Source: Candidatus Woesebacteria bacterium (GTDB lineage Bacteria > Patescibacteriota > Microgenomatia > UBA1400 > PJMF01). From it: 18,173 nt of DNA. Both the position numbers and the translations under genes were made by a program. Below, piece after piece: positions 1 to 8,145 of the stretch. Below the pieces are notes generated by a model that saw nothing but the letters and a program-made list of their open reading frames with translations, ran no database searches and was not told where the DNA came from. Numbering within the stretch: the first letter of the stretch is position 1; each line of letters begins with the position of its first letter. The stretch spans positions 1-18,173 of the forward strand of contig DAOQVB010000014.1 in assembly GCA_035341315.1 (NCBI GenBank), given 5' to 3'.

Positions 1-67
1 TTGTCTAACTTTCACACTTACCTTTCCATTCCGGAAAGTATCGTGCCTAATTCAGAGTAACTCTTGA

Positions 68-802
68 ATGAAAGGCAGTATGTCAGACGCGGCTGTTACA
101 TTTAAAAATGTTGATCTATATAAGGATGGCTGGAATCTTCTCAAAGAAACTTGGAAGCCACTGCTCTCAATTGGAGCTATTTGGCTGATTATTGAAGCAT
201 TAGCTCAATCCTCACTTCAGTATGTTGAACAACAGGAAAATTCTTTGCTGTCTTTGTCGGTAAGTTTGGCTAGTTTGGCATTAAGCGTGATCTTACAATC
301 AGGATTCATTGCCGCATCATTTCGGATTGTTCGTGAGAAAACTGCTGAAATCAGTGATTTATTTGCACAAAAACCTGTTTGGATGAACTATTTTCTCGCC
401 TTAATTGCCTATCAATTACTAGTGGCGCTAGGCACAATCTTACTTATAGTGCCAGGGATATACTGGGCTCTTAAATACAGTCAGGTTTTGTATTTGATAG
501 TTGATAAAAAAGTAGGTGTGTCTGAGGCCTTCAATATGTCTGGAAGAATGACTCAAGGGATGCTGTTGAAATTACTAGGATTTGGGTTAATTTCCATTCC
601 GCTAAATCTAATCGGGTTATTAGCCTTGGGCGTGGGTGTGTTTGTCACCTTAGGAATTACTGCTTTAGCCTATGTGTTGTTGTATGAAAAGCTGTTACAA
701 AGAATCGGAACAACCCAAGTGGCCGCGGTGGTAAAAGAGTCACCTCCGGCAAACCCTACAACGCCAGTTGATCCACCAACTTCTGCTTCCTCAAAAACGT
801 AG
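68..802 (+). CDS. Integral membrane protein, DUF975-like, with a Pro/Thr-rich C-terminal tail
   Basis: 244-aa ORF with several predicted hydrophobic helices. The N-terminal pattern (K..W..LK..W.PLL.I..IWLI) resembles DUF975 membrane proteins. The C-terminus is PANPTTPVDPPTSASS. Family assignment is from memory of the family pattern and was not searched. Confidence 0.5.
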   Translation: MKGSMSDAAVTFKNVDLYKDGWNLLKETWKPLLSIGAIWLIIEALAQSSLQYVEQQENSLLSLSVSLASLALSVILQSGFIAASFRIVREKTAEISDLFAQKPVWMNYFLALIAYQLLVALGTILLIVPGIYWALKYSQVLYLIVDKKVGVSEAFNMSGRMTQGMLLKLLGFGLISIPLNLIGLLALGVGVFVTLGITALAYVLLYEKLLQRIGTTQVAAVVKESPPANPTTPVDPPTSASSKT

Positions 803-813
803 TTAATCTTGAT

Positions 814-1302
814 TTATTGATTCAACTCTCCAGAAATACTGGCGTCTAACTCTGAGCCAGTCATTACTAGTTCCCCAAGATAGTATTGTTGCAGCATTTC
901 TTGTGCTTTGCTGGAGTGCGCGGTGCCAGACCCCATTGGTCTGGTCATAAATAATTCGGTGGCTTCCTTGCCACAACCCTCGAGTACTGCATCACCACCA
1001 GGATGTTTTTGTGTAGCTATGAAGGCGGTTACGTCGTAGACTTTATTTTCTACAATCATCCAACAATTATCTGGAGTGCTATGGAGCGAAACCTCATCGC
1101 TCGTGAGAGGTTTCGCTGTTCCTGAGGGTAGCGTAGAAACAGTTGCGTCTTCAATAACTACATTTTCGTTCATCATTTCGGTTTGACCCTCAATTTCTTC
1201 AGTATCAACGGGTGTGGAAGACTGAGGTAAGAGAGAACACGCTGAAAGTGTTAAACCTGCTCCAATAATAATGAGTGCTGAAGTTAGTTTGGTCATATGC
1301 AT
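814..1302 (-). CDS. Lipoprotein with a cytochrome b5-like heme-binding domain
   Basis: The N-terminus is MHMTKLTSALIIIGAGLTLSAC, a signal peptide plus lipobox L-S-A-C. The body contains W..VENKVYDVT.F...HPGGDAVLEGCGKEATELF, which matches the cytochrome b5 family signature (HPGG, G.DAT..F). Confidence 0.7.
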   Translation of the reverse strand: MHMTKLTSALIIIGAGLTLSACSLLPQSSTPVDTEEIEGQTEMMNENVVIEDATVSTLPSGTAKPLTSDEVSLHSTPDNCWMIVENKVYDVTAFIATQKHPGGDAVLEGCGKEATELFMTRPMGSGTAHSSKAQEMLQQYYLGELVMTGSELDASISGELNQ

Positions 1303-1391
1303 TTGCTTTCAGTAGTACTAAGAAGATGATTGGAAATGTAACAGAAACAACGGCATTTTGACAAGTATAAAAAAGTTTTGATTAAACTTAA

Positions 1392-2942
1392 CTAATTGGT
1401 TGGTTTGCCGGTAAACATTGACTTGGGCAGGCCGTAGGTTTTGATTAGTTCTTGGTTCATTGCTGTATTGCGCGCTAGCACGACAATGCTTTGGTCCACG
1501 TAGACGGGCTGCCAGTCGTTTTCAGCGATTTTTTCAATCAAAAATGGCTGGCCCCAGGGTGTAGCATCGTGTCGGTAAAAAATAATACTTTGGAAATCGT
1601 ACTGCGCCAGTAGGGCCAGCCAGCGATCCCGATTTTCCTGAGGCTCAATATAGTCATTTGGAAAAAATCCCTCGGGGTAAGCCTCAGGGCGATTGTCGGT
1701 ATAGACCGACAATCGCGGATACAAAGCATAAATTAACATTCCTCCAATATCGTAGTTATTAAAAATTGGTCCATTTACTTGGTTTTGTAAAAAATGTATG
1801 GCTGTGGGATTATCAGCACTTAAGCCAGCACCCAACTGCGACCAGTTTGGCAGAAACAAACCAGTACTCAGCAACAAAACTAACCCAACTAAGCCCATTG
1901 GTAAACCCAGTGACCAAACTGCAGCTTGATCCTTGTGCTGGGTTAACCACCTCCACCATTTCTTAGTTTGCATGACTTCAGCCAACAGCAGTGCCAAGAT
2001 CAAGCCGGTAAATGGCAATAAACGCACCACCCGGAAGTTCACCACCATAAAGATTAAACTCAAAGCCATGATTGGTAGTAGCTTTTTGTAATGCTGAAAA
2101 TTCCTTTTTTTTATCCAAACTGTAAATTGTGAGCCAATCCCAAATAAGATTCCAATAAACGCAATTAAGGCATACATATAAATGGGTTGAGCGAAGCGCT
2201 TAATCATAAACCACAGAGTTTGATTTTCGACAATTTGATATTCGTACGTTTGAAAAATTGTCAGTGGTGCCAATAAACCAGCTAGGCCATGAGGATTAAC
2301 CAGCGAAATTAAAATTAATAAACTGGCTAAGATTCCCCAGCGTAGTTTTTCTAGTTTGGGTGAGAATAAGCCAAAAATGATGGGCAAACCGATGCCAAAG
2401 ATAAAGAAAATATGAGTGTTGACCCAGATTAACTGCATTACTATTAGCAGGGGCATCAACCAATTCCAAGATAATTTACTTTTTTGATGCAAAGTCAGTA
2501 AAAAAAGTGAGAGCGATAAGAAAACCATACTAACTAGTTCTGGCCGAATTTCTGTACGATAGGTGAGTAGGGGAATTAAGAGAAAAATGCTGAGTAATGA
2601 TTGGCTCGCGCCACTGTTCAATCGACAAGTTAAATAGGTGATAGTGGCGGCCGATACAACCAGGGTTACCCCCAGCCAACTCAGTGCGGTAAAGCCGCCG
2701 AGCTGATGGACAAAAAAAGTTAAGACACCAAATAACCAGTGATGGTTTTCAACAATATAATCAGGATGAGTGTAGGAATAGACGTTGAAAGCCAGAATTT
2801 TGCTCTGCCAACCATTTTCTATAATTTGTTGTCCGTTGATGATGTGTCTGCCTAAGTCCGCAGTAGCAAGTTGAATTGGTTTCAAGCACAGCAGGCCAAC
2901 AAGAAACAGCAAGGGCACAATCAACCAGTGACGATATTGCAT
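1392..2942 (-). CDS. Large polytopic membrane protein with a C-terminal soluble domain; possibly a GT-C-fold glycosyltransferase or YfhO-like protein
   Basis: 516-aa ORF. About 10 hydrophobic segments are followed by a roughly 150-aa hydrophilic C-terminal domain. That architecture is typical of membrane glycosyltransferases of the ArnT, PMT or YfhO type. No diagnostic motif was confirmed. Confidence 0.55.
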   Translation of the reverse strand: MQYRHWLIVPLLFLVGLLCLKPIQLATADLGRHIINGQQIIENGWQSKILAFNVYSYTHPDYIVENHHWLFGVLTFFVHQLGGFTALSWLGVTLVVSAATITYLTCRLNSGASQSLLSIFLLIPLLTYRTEIRPELVSMVFLSLSLFLLTLHQKSKLSWNWLMPLLIVMQLIWVNTHIFFIFGIGLPIIFGLFSPKLEKLRWGILASLLILISLVNPHGLAGLLAPLTIFQTYEYQIVENQTLWFMIKRFAQPIYMYALIAFIGILFGIGSQFTVWIKKRNFQHYKKLLPIMALSLIFMVVNFRVVRLLPFTGLILALLLAEVMQTKKWWRWLTQHKDQAAVWSLGLPMGLVGLVLLLSTGLFLPNWSQLGAGLSADNPTAIHFLQNQVNGPIFNNYDIGGMLIYALYPRLSVYTDNRPEAYPEGFFPNDYIEPQENRDRWLALLAQYDFQSIIFYRHDATPWGQPFLIEKIAENDWQPVYVDQSIVVLARNTAMNQELIKTYGLPKSMFTGKPTN

Positions 2943-3005
2943 GATTTGGTTATTGTAGCGTCTTCTGAACTAAGTATCATCGTGTACAATACGACTTGAG
3001 GCAAC

Positions 3006-4784
3006 ATGTCGCAGATTCAACAGGTTAAAGAAGCTATCGATATTGTGGAGATAATTGGCCAGCGAGTGGAGTTAAAACGAGCTGGCACATACTTCAAAGG
3101 ACTGTGTCCTTTCCATGCCGAAAAATCGCCCTCATTTTTTGTGAGTGACGTGATGCAGCGTTTTAAATGCTTTGGCTGTGCCAAGGGCGGTGACGTTTTT
3201 GAGTTTCTCCAGCAGTATGAGAGCATGACGTTTTATGAAGCCTTGGAATTTTTAGCAGATAAAGCTGGTATTAAGCTAGAGCATGAACTACGTTCCAGAG
3301 ATGATGAGCAGCGCCAGCAACTCTTAGCAGTCTTAGATTTAGCGCGGGAATACTATCACTTCGTGCTGACCAAACATAAGGCTGGCGCCGTTGCCAGACA
3401 GTATTTAGCTGATCGGCAAACTACTGCCGACTCAATCAAGCTTTTTCAGTTGGGTTATGCCCTACCCAAATGGGATGGCTTAATTGCCTATCTGCATCGC
3501 AAAAAGAAATTTCCGTTGGAATTATTAGTTCAAGCTGGTCTGGTGATCAAGGCTCAGGGTGGCCGGTACTACGATCGATTTCGCGATCGCGTCATGTTTC
3601 CCTTGCGAAATCCTCGGGGACAAGTAGTGGGCTTTTCCGGCCGAGTTTTGCCTAGTACTGCCGATGATCAAACCAAACAAGAAGCCAAATACATCAATAC
3701 GCCAGAAACGTTGCTCTATCACAAAAGTAAAATGTTGTTTGGTTACAGCGAGCTTCACCAACAAATCAGAGCCAAAAAGGAAGTGTTGGTGGTAGAAGGT
3801 GAATTTGACGTGATTACTTCTACCCAGGCTCACGTCAATCATATTGTAGCCATCAAAGGCAGTGCGTTGACTGCCGATCACGCTCTGTTACTCAATCGCA
3901 CAGTTGAACGAGTACTACTGGCCTTAGATAAAGACTCAGCCGGAGTCGAAGCAACGAAGCGTTCATTACAAGTGTTGAAACCGTATGATTTGGAACTCCG
4001 AGTTGTAGAAATCCCCGAGGGCAAAGATCCCGATGATTTAGCTCGTACACAACCAAAAGTTTGGCGCGAAGTGGTGGATCGCTCGATGAGTGCATATGAG
4101 TTTATTTTGCAAGCGAGTCTGAATGCCCATGATGCCACGAGCGCTCCTGGTAAACGAAAGATTATTCAAGAACTTGCCCAAGATTTTTGGACAATTGAAA
4201 GCCAGGTTGAACGCGAATTCTATCTCCAACGCTTAGCCAAGCTACTCCAAGTACAACCAGAAATTCTCAAGTCCGATATTAAACATTTTGCGGAAAAGAA
4301 ACGGTTGCCCGATGCCAAACCAGTTTCAACAGCTCAAGTTGAACAAATACAACCTTCTAGAAGAGGTCAGCTTGAGCGGTATTTAACTTTTTTACTTCTT
4401 CGGGGAGATTTGTCAGATGTCAGTCGACGATTAGAACAATTAATTCAGTACACAATTGAGTCGCCAGTTTTATTTGCTTTAGTGCAAAACCAGACTGCGT
4501 TGAGCCAGATTAGTAACTTTCAACAGCTAGTAGATTCGTTGGCAGGAGATTTACAACAACAGCTGATGGAGTTATTTGTTGACGAAAAAATGGGTCCAAT
4601 TTTGGAAACGGCCAGTGTGGAAGCAGAATGGCTACGAACGATGGCAGAATTTGTGCAAGAGGCTAACCGAGCTAAGCGGGCTGATCTCTCACGACAATTC
4701 GCTGAGCTAGAAGCTAAAGAAAAGAAATCACCCGAACAGGAAAAAAAGTTAGAAGAAATTCTGGCAGAGTTGGCAAGACTATAA
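3006..4784 (+). CDS. dnaG: DNA primase DnaG
   Basis: CHC2 zinc-finger motif (CPFHAEKSPSF...FKCFGC). RNA polymerase core domain. Toprim motif (EVLVVEGEFDVIT ... DKDSAGVEA ... DPDD). GAGG Shine-Dalgarno 5 nt upstream of the ATG. 592 aa, a typical DnaG length. Confidence 0.92.
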   Translation: MSQIQQVKEAIDIVEIIGQRVELKRAGTYFKGLCPFHAEKSPSFFVSDVMQRFKCFGCAKGGDVFEFLQQYESMTFYEALEFLADKAGIKLEHELRSRDDEQRQQLLAVLDLAREYYHFVLTKHKAGAVARQYLADRQTTADSIKLFQLGYALPKWDGLIAYLHRKKKFPLELLVQAGLVIKAQGGRYYDRFRDRVMFPLRNPRGQVVGFSGRVLPSTADDQTKQEAKYINTPETLLYHKSKMLFGYSELHQQIRAKKEVLVVEGEFDVITSTQAHVNHIVAIKGSALTADHALLLNRTVERVLLALDKDSAGVEATKRSLQVLKPYDLELRVVEIPEGKDPDDLARTQPKVWREVVDRSMSAYEFILQASLNAHDATSAPGKRKIIQELAQDFWTIESQVEREFYLQRLAKLLQVQPEILKSDIKHFAEKKRLPDAKPVSTAQVEQIQPSRRGQLERYLTFLLLRGDLSDVSRRLEQLIQYTIESPVLFALVQNQTALSQISNFQQLVDSLAGDLQQQLMELFVDEKMGPILETASVEAEWLRTMAEFVQEANRAKRADLSRQFAELEAKEKKSPEQEKKLEEILAELARL

Positions 4785-4874
4785 TTTAAATGTATCCACC
4801 TAGTTTTTACATACTCATGCTGTATTCGTGATATACTTCGATTACTTTAACATGCTCTGCTCAAGAGAGGAAAA

Positions 4875-5744
4875 ATGTCAAAAGAAACTAAGGGAATACA
4901 TTTGGAAATTCAGATTGGCGACGAAAAGTTTGACTTAATGCATTTTGCTGCGGCATATGCTGAATTGACTGAGCTTGCTGTCGCCAATTATGTTCAAAGG
5001 GAAGTGACTAACAAGGGTGGAGTATTGGACCAAATGCAGAATGGTATTGAATATAGAAAGGTGTTAATTGATAGAGTTCACAAACATTGGGAGGAAAGTC
5101 GAATTGGTAACGATGCTTTTCACAAACTGATGAGCAATCCAGAAACGCGAGAATTAGGCTTAGATCTCTATGGAGCCTACCATGACTATAGAAGGAATTC
5201 AGTTGAGGATGAAGTGTTACCTTGGCATGAATCTATGCGTTTAGTACATCTACTTATGGCAAACGTGTATGGTGTGTCTTTGGATGAACAACAAGATTTG
5301 ACAGCAGAAGTTGGTGAAGATTGGGTGAAAATGATGGGTACCACTGAAGATATGATCACTGACGCTAGTCATCGCTCTAAAGCTAAACAAGAAGTTCAAG
5401 TAATAGAGTCATATGTGCGGCAATTTCGAGATTTTAATACACGATATTTCACTCGGGTGTTTGGTAAACCCTATGGATTCGAAGACGCGTCTATGAAAGA
5501 GAAGGTGGTTACTACTTCAGACCCAGGCTCAGCCAAAAGACAAGTATTCTTTGTGTTACTGCATGAGCTGTATGGACTCGATCCTAGAAACCGTGAGGAA
5601 GTGTTGAAGCCAAGTGATGATCTTGAAATTAAGGAAAAGCAGGCAGAGTGGCTTGCGATGGAAGCACAATTAGTTGATGAAATCGTGGCTCACGAAGTGG
5701 CCAATCGGTTTCGATCGGTTAAGTTGAGTGACTACGTAGACTAA
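4875..5744 (+). CDS. Hypothetical protein (289 aa) downstream of dnaG
   Basis: Long ORF with a strong RBS (AGAGAGGAAAA then ATG). Acidic, soluble. No recognisable motif and no sigma-70 regions 2.4 or 4.2, so it is not rpoD. Confidence 0.6.
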   Translation: MSKETKGIHLEIQIGDEKFDLMHFAAAYAELTELAVANYVQREVTNKGGVLDQMQNGIEYRKVLIDRVHKHWEESRIGNDAFHKLMSNPETRELGLDLYGAYHDYRRNSVEDEVLPWHESMRLVHLLMANVYGVSLDEQQDLTAEVGEDWVKMMGTTEDMITDASHRSKAKQEVQVIESYVRQFRDFNTRYFTRVFGKPYGFEDASMKEKVVTTSDPGSAKRQVFFVLLHELYGLDPRNREEVLKPSDDLEIKEKQAEWLAMEAQLVDEIVAHEVANRFRSVKLSDYVD

Positions 5745-5755
5745 CAAATGTTATT

Positions 5756-6376
5756 TTAAAAACCGTCTGGCACCGCCCTGACAATCAATCGATCTTTGTC
5801 TAAGAAACCAGCGCAAGTATAGATTGTCAGTTGCTCCCTGTTGGTGGGGAATAGGTAGCCATTTTCATCTGGTGGCACAGTAGTTACGTCAAAGACTTGA
5901 TAATTTCTCGTTGTGCCATCGAGCGTAGTCACCTCAATAAGATCATTGATTTTCAACAATTTAAGTGAGCCAAAAATATTTGATGTATTGTGGCCATAGA
6001 CGATGGCATTACCAGCTTCTCCAGGGTACGCTGATTGCTCTACATGGAAAGCTGATTGACGATCGAGTGTCCAACCAGTCGCAGATTCAGTACCTGGTTT
6101 AATCGAGATAGTTTTGCCATTGAGCTCAATGGCGACGGGGCGCTGCCCTAAGTCTCGCTGAGCTGATACCGGTTGGATCTCCGCCACTGACTGAAAATTT
6201 GGCAGCAGCGCCCGCAAGCGCCAGACTTGATGTAAGATAGAAACGCAGAGCAGGATGCTACCAAGGAGTACTAAAACAGCCGGCAGATACTGCCGGCTGT
6301 TCTTTTTGACACTCTTTTTTTTCTTCGAATGTTTGGTTTTTTTACTTTTGTTTGGCATGCATGAGAGCTCCGGCAC
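5756..6376 (-). CDS. Sortase family transpeptidase, membrane-anchored, class E/F-like
   Basis: N-terminal polybasic segment followed by a TM helix (LPAVLVLLGSILLCVSIL). Catalytic His motif (NAIVYGHN). Catalytic Cys motif TLxTC (LTIYTCAGF). Conserved Arg (RLIVRAV). It overlaps the 3' end of the upstream substrate ORF. Confidence 0.82.
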   Translation of the reverse strand: MPELSCMPNKSKKTKHSKKKKSVKKNSRQYLPAVLVLLGSILLCVSILHQVWRLRALLPNFQSVAEIQPVSAQRDLGQRPVAIELNGKTISIKPGTESATGWTLDRQSAFHVEQSAYPGEAGNAIVYGHNTSNIFGSLKLLKINDLIEVTTLDGTTRNYQVFDVTTVPPDENGYLFPTNREQLTIYTCAGFLDKDRLIVRAVPDGF

Positions 6377-6809
6377 TGACCATCAGTGTACCAAGAACTC
6401 CAGTTAATTGCATAAGGGTATCTGCAGCAACACCAGTTTTGGCGTAGCTAGTGGCACCGAGTACTTGACCTTTGCTGGTTGTAGCACCTAAGACAGTACC
6501 GCCAGTAGCTGGACAGTCGGGGAATTCCACGGTTTTTTCAATTTTGTAAAAACCGTCTGCATATCCAGTTAGTTTGTTTTCACCATCTCTTGGGTAGATG
6601 ACGATGGCCCAGCCGTCACTGTTGCTAGTCGCGGTTTTCTTGTTACCGTTGTAGTCAAATTCTGCAGTGACGTTTTCCATAGGTTTGCCATCATTGGTAA
6701 AACGCATTTCCGCTTTGACTTCATCATTTTCACAGCTAACTTGGTATTCCAACGCCGCCACTCTTCCTGGTCCAGGAGTGGGGGGTGATGGTTGGAGTTG
6801 GTCGCTCAC
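6342..6809 (-). CDS. C-terminal portion of the sortase-substrate surface protein (out of frame with the N-terminal portion)
   Basis: Ends with ...TSYAKTG-VAADTLMQLTGVLGTLMVSAGALM-HAKQK. That is a sorting-motif-like YAKTG, a hydrophobic stretch and a basic tail, the classic cell-wall sorting signal layout. The frame is open upstream back to 6827 and starts on GTG. It joins the 6736..7371 ORF if one base is gained or lost in the G6 run at 6780..6785. Confidence 0.6.
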   Translation of the reverse strand: MSDQLQPSPPTPGPGRVAALEYQVSCENDEVKAEMRFTNDGKPMENVTAEFDYNGNKKTATSNSDGWAIVIYPRDGENKLTGYADGFYKIEKTVEFPDCPATGGTVLGATTSKGQVLGATSYAKTGVAADTLMQLTGVLGTLMVSAGALMHAKQK

Positions 6810-7371
6810 CCTCGGTTGGGGTTGGTTCTACCGAAGGGCTAGGTTCAACAGATGGGCTTGGATCTACCGAAGGACTAGGCTCAACAGATGGGCTTGGATC
6901 TACCGAAGGGCTAGGTTCAACAGATGGGCTTGGTTCTACCGAAGGGCTAGGTTCTCCCGTTGGTTTAATGGATAACTTAAAAGAAGCGTGCGAGATATTA
7001 GCGCAAATATTTTCAGGAGCGTCGCCGTGTCTAGCTACCACCTTTCCATCTTCACGCCAATTAGCTCCGACACAATTCTTTCCATCAACTTGATACCAAC
7101 TAGTTGAGGTAAACTTTTTCAGATAACCATTTTTTGAATTGTCACTCCCGCCCTTAATACAAACCTCAACTACTATTTTACCCTCAGGTACTGTAAAAAT
7201 GACCTTCCCAGCTTCATTAGGACTATAATGTTCTGTCCAATCTCCTGTATGTGGACACACTTCTTGAGCATTTTCAGAACTAGCCCGCACAATCTCATTG
7301 TTTGATTGAAAAACCAATCCGACAAGTGTACCTGCGAACAGAATACCGAGGGTCAAAAATAGTTTTTTCAT
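6736..7371 (-). CDS. N-terminal portion of the secreted surface protein: signal peptide, Cys-containing domain and (EPSPSV/DPSPSV)n repeat linker
   Basis: Signal peptide MKKLFLTLGILFAGTLVGLVFQS. RBS AAAGGTG upstream. Tandem 6-aa Pro/Ser repeats are encoded by 36-bp DNA repeats. The ORF ends in an implausible tail (HSWTRKSGGVGIPS) straight after the poly-G run, consistent with a frameshift. Confidence 0.65.
   Translation of the reverse strand: MKKLFLTLGILFAGTLVGLVFQSNNEIVRASSENAQEVCPHTGDWTEHYSPNEAGKVIFTVPEGKIVVEVCIKGGSDNSKNGYLKKFTSTSWYQVDGKNCVGANWREDGKVVARHGDAPENICANISHASFKLSIKPTGEPSPSVEPSPSVEPSPSVDPSPSVEPSPSVDPSPSVEPSPSVEPTPTEGERPTPTITPHSWTRKSGGVGIPS
6828..6959. repeat. Tandem 36-bp repeat, about 3.7 copies, encoding the (SPSVEPSPSVDP)n linker
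   Basis: Direct reading of the sequence. Units at 6828-6863, 6864-6899 and 6900-6935, plus a partial unit at 6936-6959. Only 2-3 mismatches between units. Confidence 0.9.
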
Positions 7372-7596
7372 TTAGCACCTTTGTTTTATTTGTACAAAAA
7401 ACGTACTACTGTAAAAAAGTAGCAAATTATAACATACTGCATCAGTATGGATCAACAATTAAACTTAAAGAACCGCTAGTTGTGAAAATTCTATATATAA
7501 CGATATAATCGGCTACTGTTGTTAAGAGGAATGAACCCCATTTAACAGCGCGCACATTATTATCCCCTGTAGCTCAATGGCAGAGCATTCGGCTGT

Positions 7597-8145
7597 AGAC
7601 ACACTAAATAAAGTCTGGTATTTTTCGAAAAATGCCTGAGAAGAGAAAGTACGCCGACCGAAGAGAATACATGATTCAAGCTGTCAGTAAGCGTAGATTA
7701 AAAATCAAGCAAATGGCAATTGAATATAAGGGTGGTCGATGTACTGTATGTGGCTATGATCGCGAAGTTAGTGCCTTGGAGTTCCATCATCTAGATGACA
7801 CAAAAAAAGATTTTGGACTTTCACAAAGAGGACTAACCCGATCGTGGAAGCGTACTCAAGTTGAGTTGGATAAGTGTATTTTGGTTTGCGCCAATTGTCA
7901 CAGAGAAATCCACTCAGGAAAACTGCAGCTTTCGTTGGAAACAACGAAATGAACATCGGGTGAATTGCGGGAAGCCTAAATCTAAATGATATGGTAATCC
8001 GCAGCCAAGCCTCGTTTCGATGAGGAAGGTTCAGAGACTAGGTGAGTACACCACTTCGTAAAAACGAAGAAGCGCCCGACACCGTAATCCTAACAAGGAT
8101 TGGTGATGAGATAGTCCACGCCACGCAGAAATGCATGAATCAGTG
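7597..8145 (+). mobile_element. Group I self-splicing intron (about 549 nt) carrying a homing endonuclease ORF
   Basis: Conserved group I core elements are visible. P: AATTGCGGGAAG (7962-7973). Q: AATCCGCAGCCAAGC. R: GTTCAGAGACTAG. S: GAGATAGTCCACG. The 5' exon ends in U and the intron ends in G (the omega-G) just before the 3' exon. The ORF sits between the 5' splice site and the P element. Confidence 0.75.
7632..7952 (+). CDS. HNH homing endonuclease encoded inside the group I intron
   Basis: 106-aa ORF with C..C ... EFHHLDD ... N ... CANCHREIH, the HNH nuclease signature. It lies entirely within the intron. Confidence 0.78.
   Translation: MPEKRKYADRREYMIQAVSKRRLKIKQMAIEYKGGRCTVCGYDREVSALEFHHLDDTKKDFGLSQRGLTRSWKRTQVELDKCILVCANCHREIHSGKLQLSLETTK

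Noticed and set aside
1538-1966. Small ORFs 1538..1729 (-) and 1766..1966 (+) inside the 516-aa membrane-protein gene
   Set aside because: Fully nested in a much longer and more plausible ORF. No RBS.
3017-4229. Several 60-120-aa ORFs overlapping dnaG on both strands
   Set aside because: Nested within a confidently identified dnaG. Frame-shadow ORFs.
6667-7093. Two 102-aa ORFs on the + strand (6667..6975 and 6785..7093) with repetitive WAWIYRRARFNR and GLGSTDGLGSTE sequence
   Set aside because: They are antisense read-through of the 36-bp tandem repeat inside the surface-protein gene. Repeats keep every frame open, and there is no RBS or independent support.
7302-7508. 68-aa ORF in the AT-rich region between the surface-protein gene and the tRNA
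   Set aside because: AT-rich promoter region with a low-complexity translation. It more likely holds the promoters for the divergent surface-protein operon and the tRNA.
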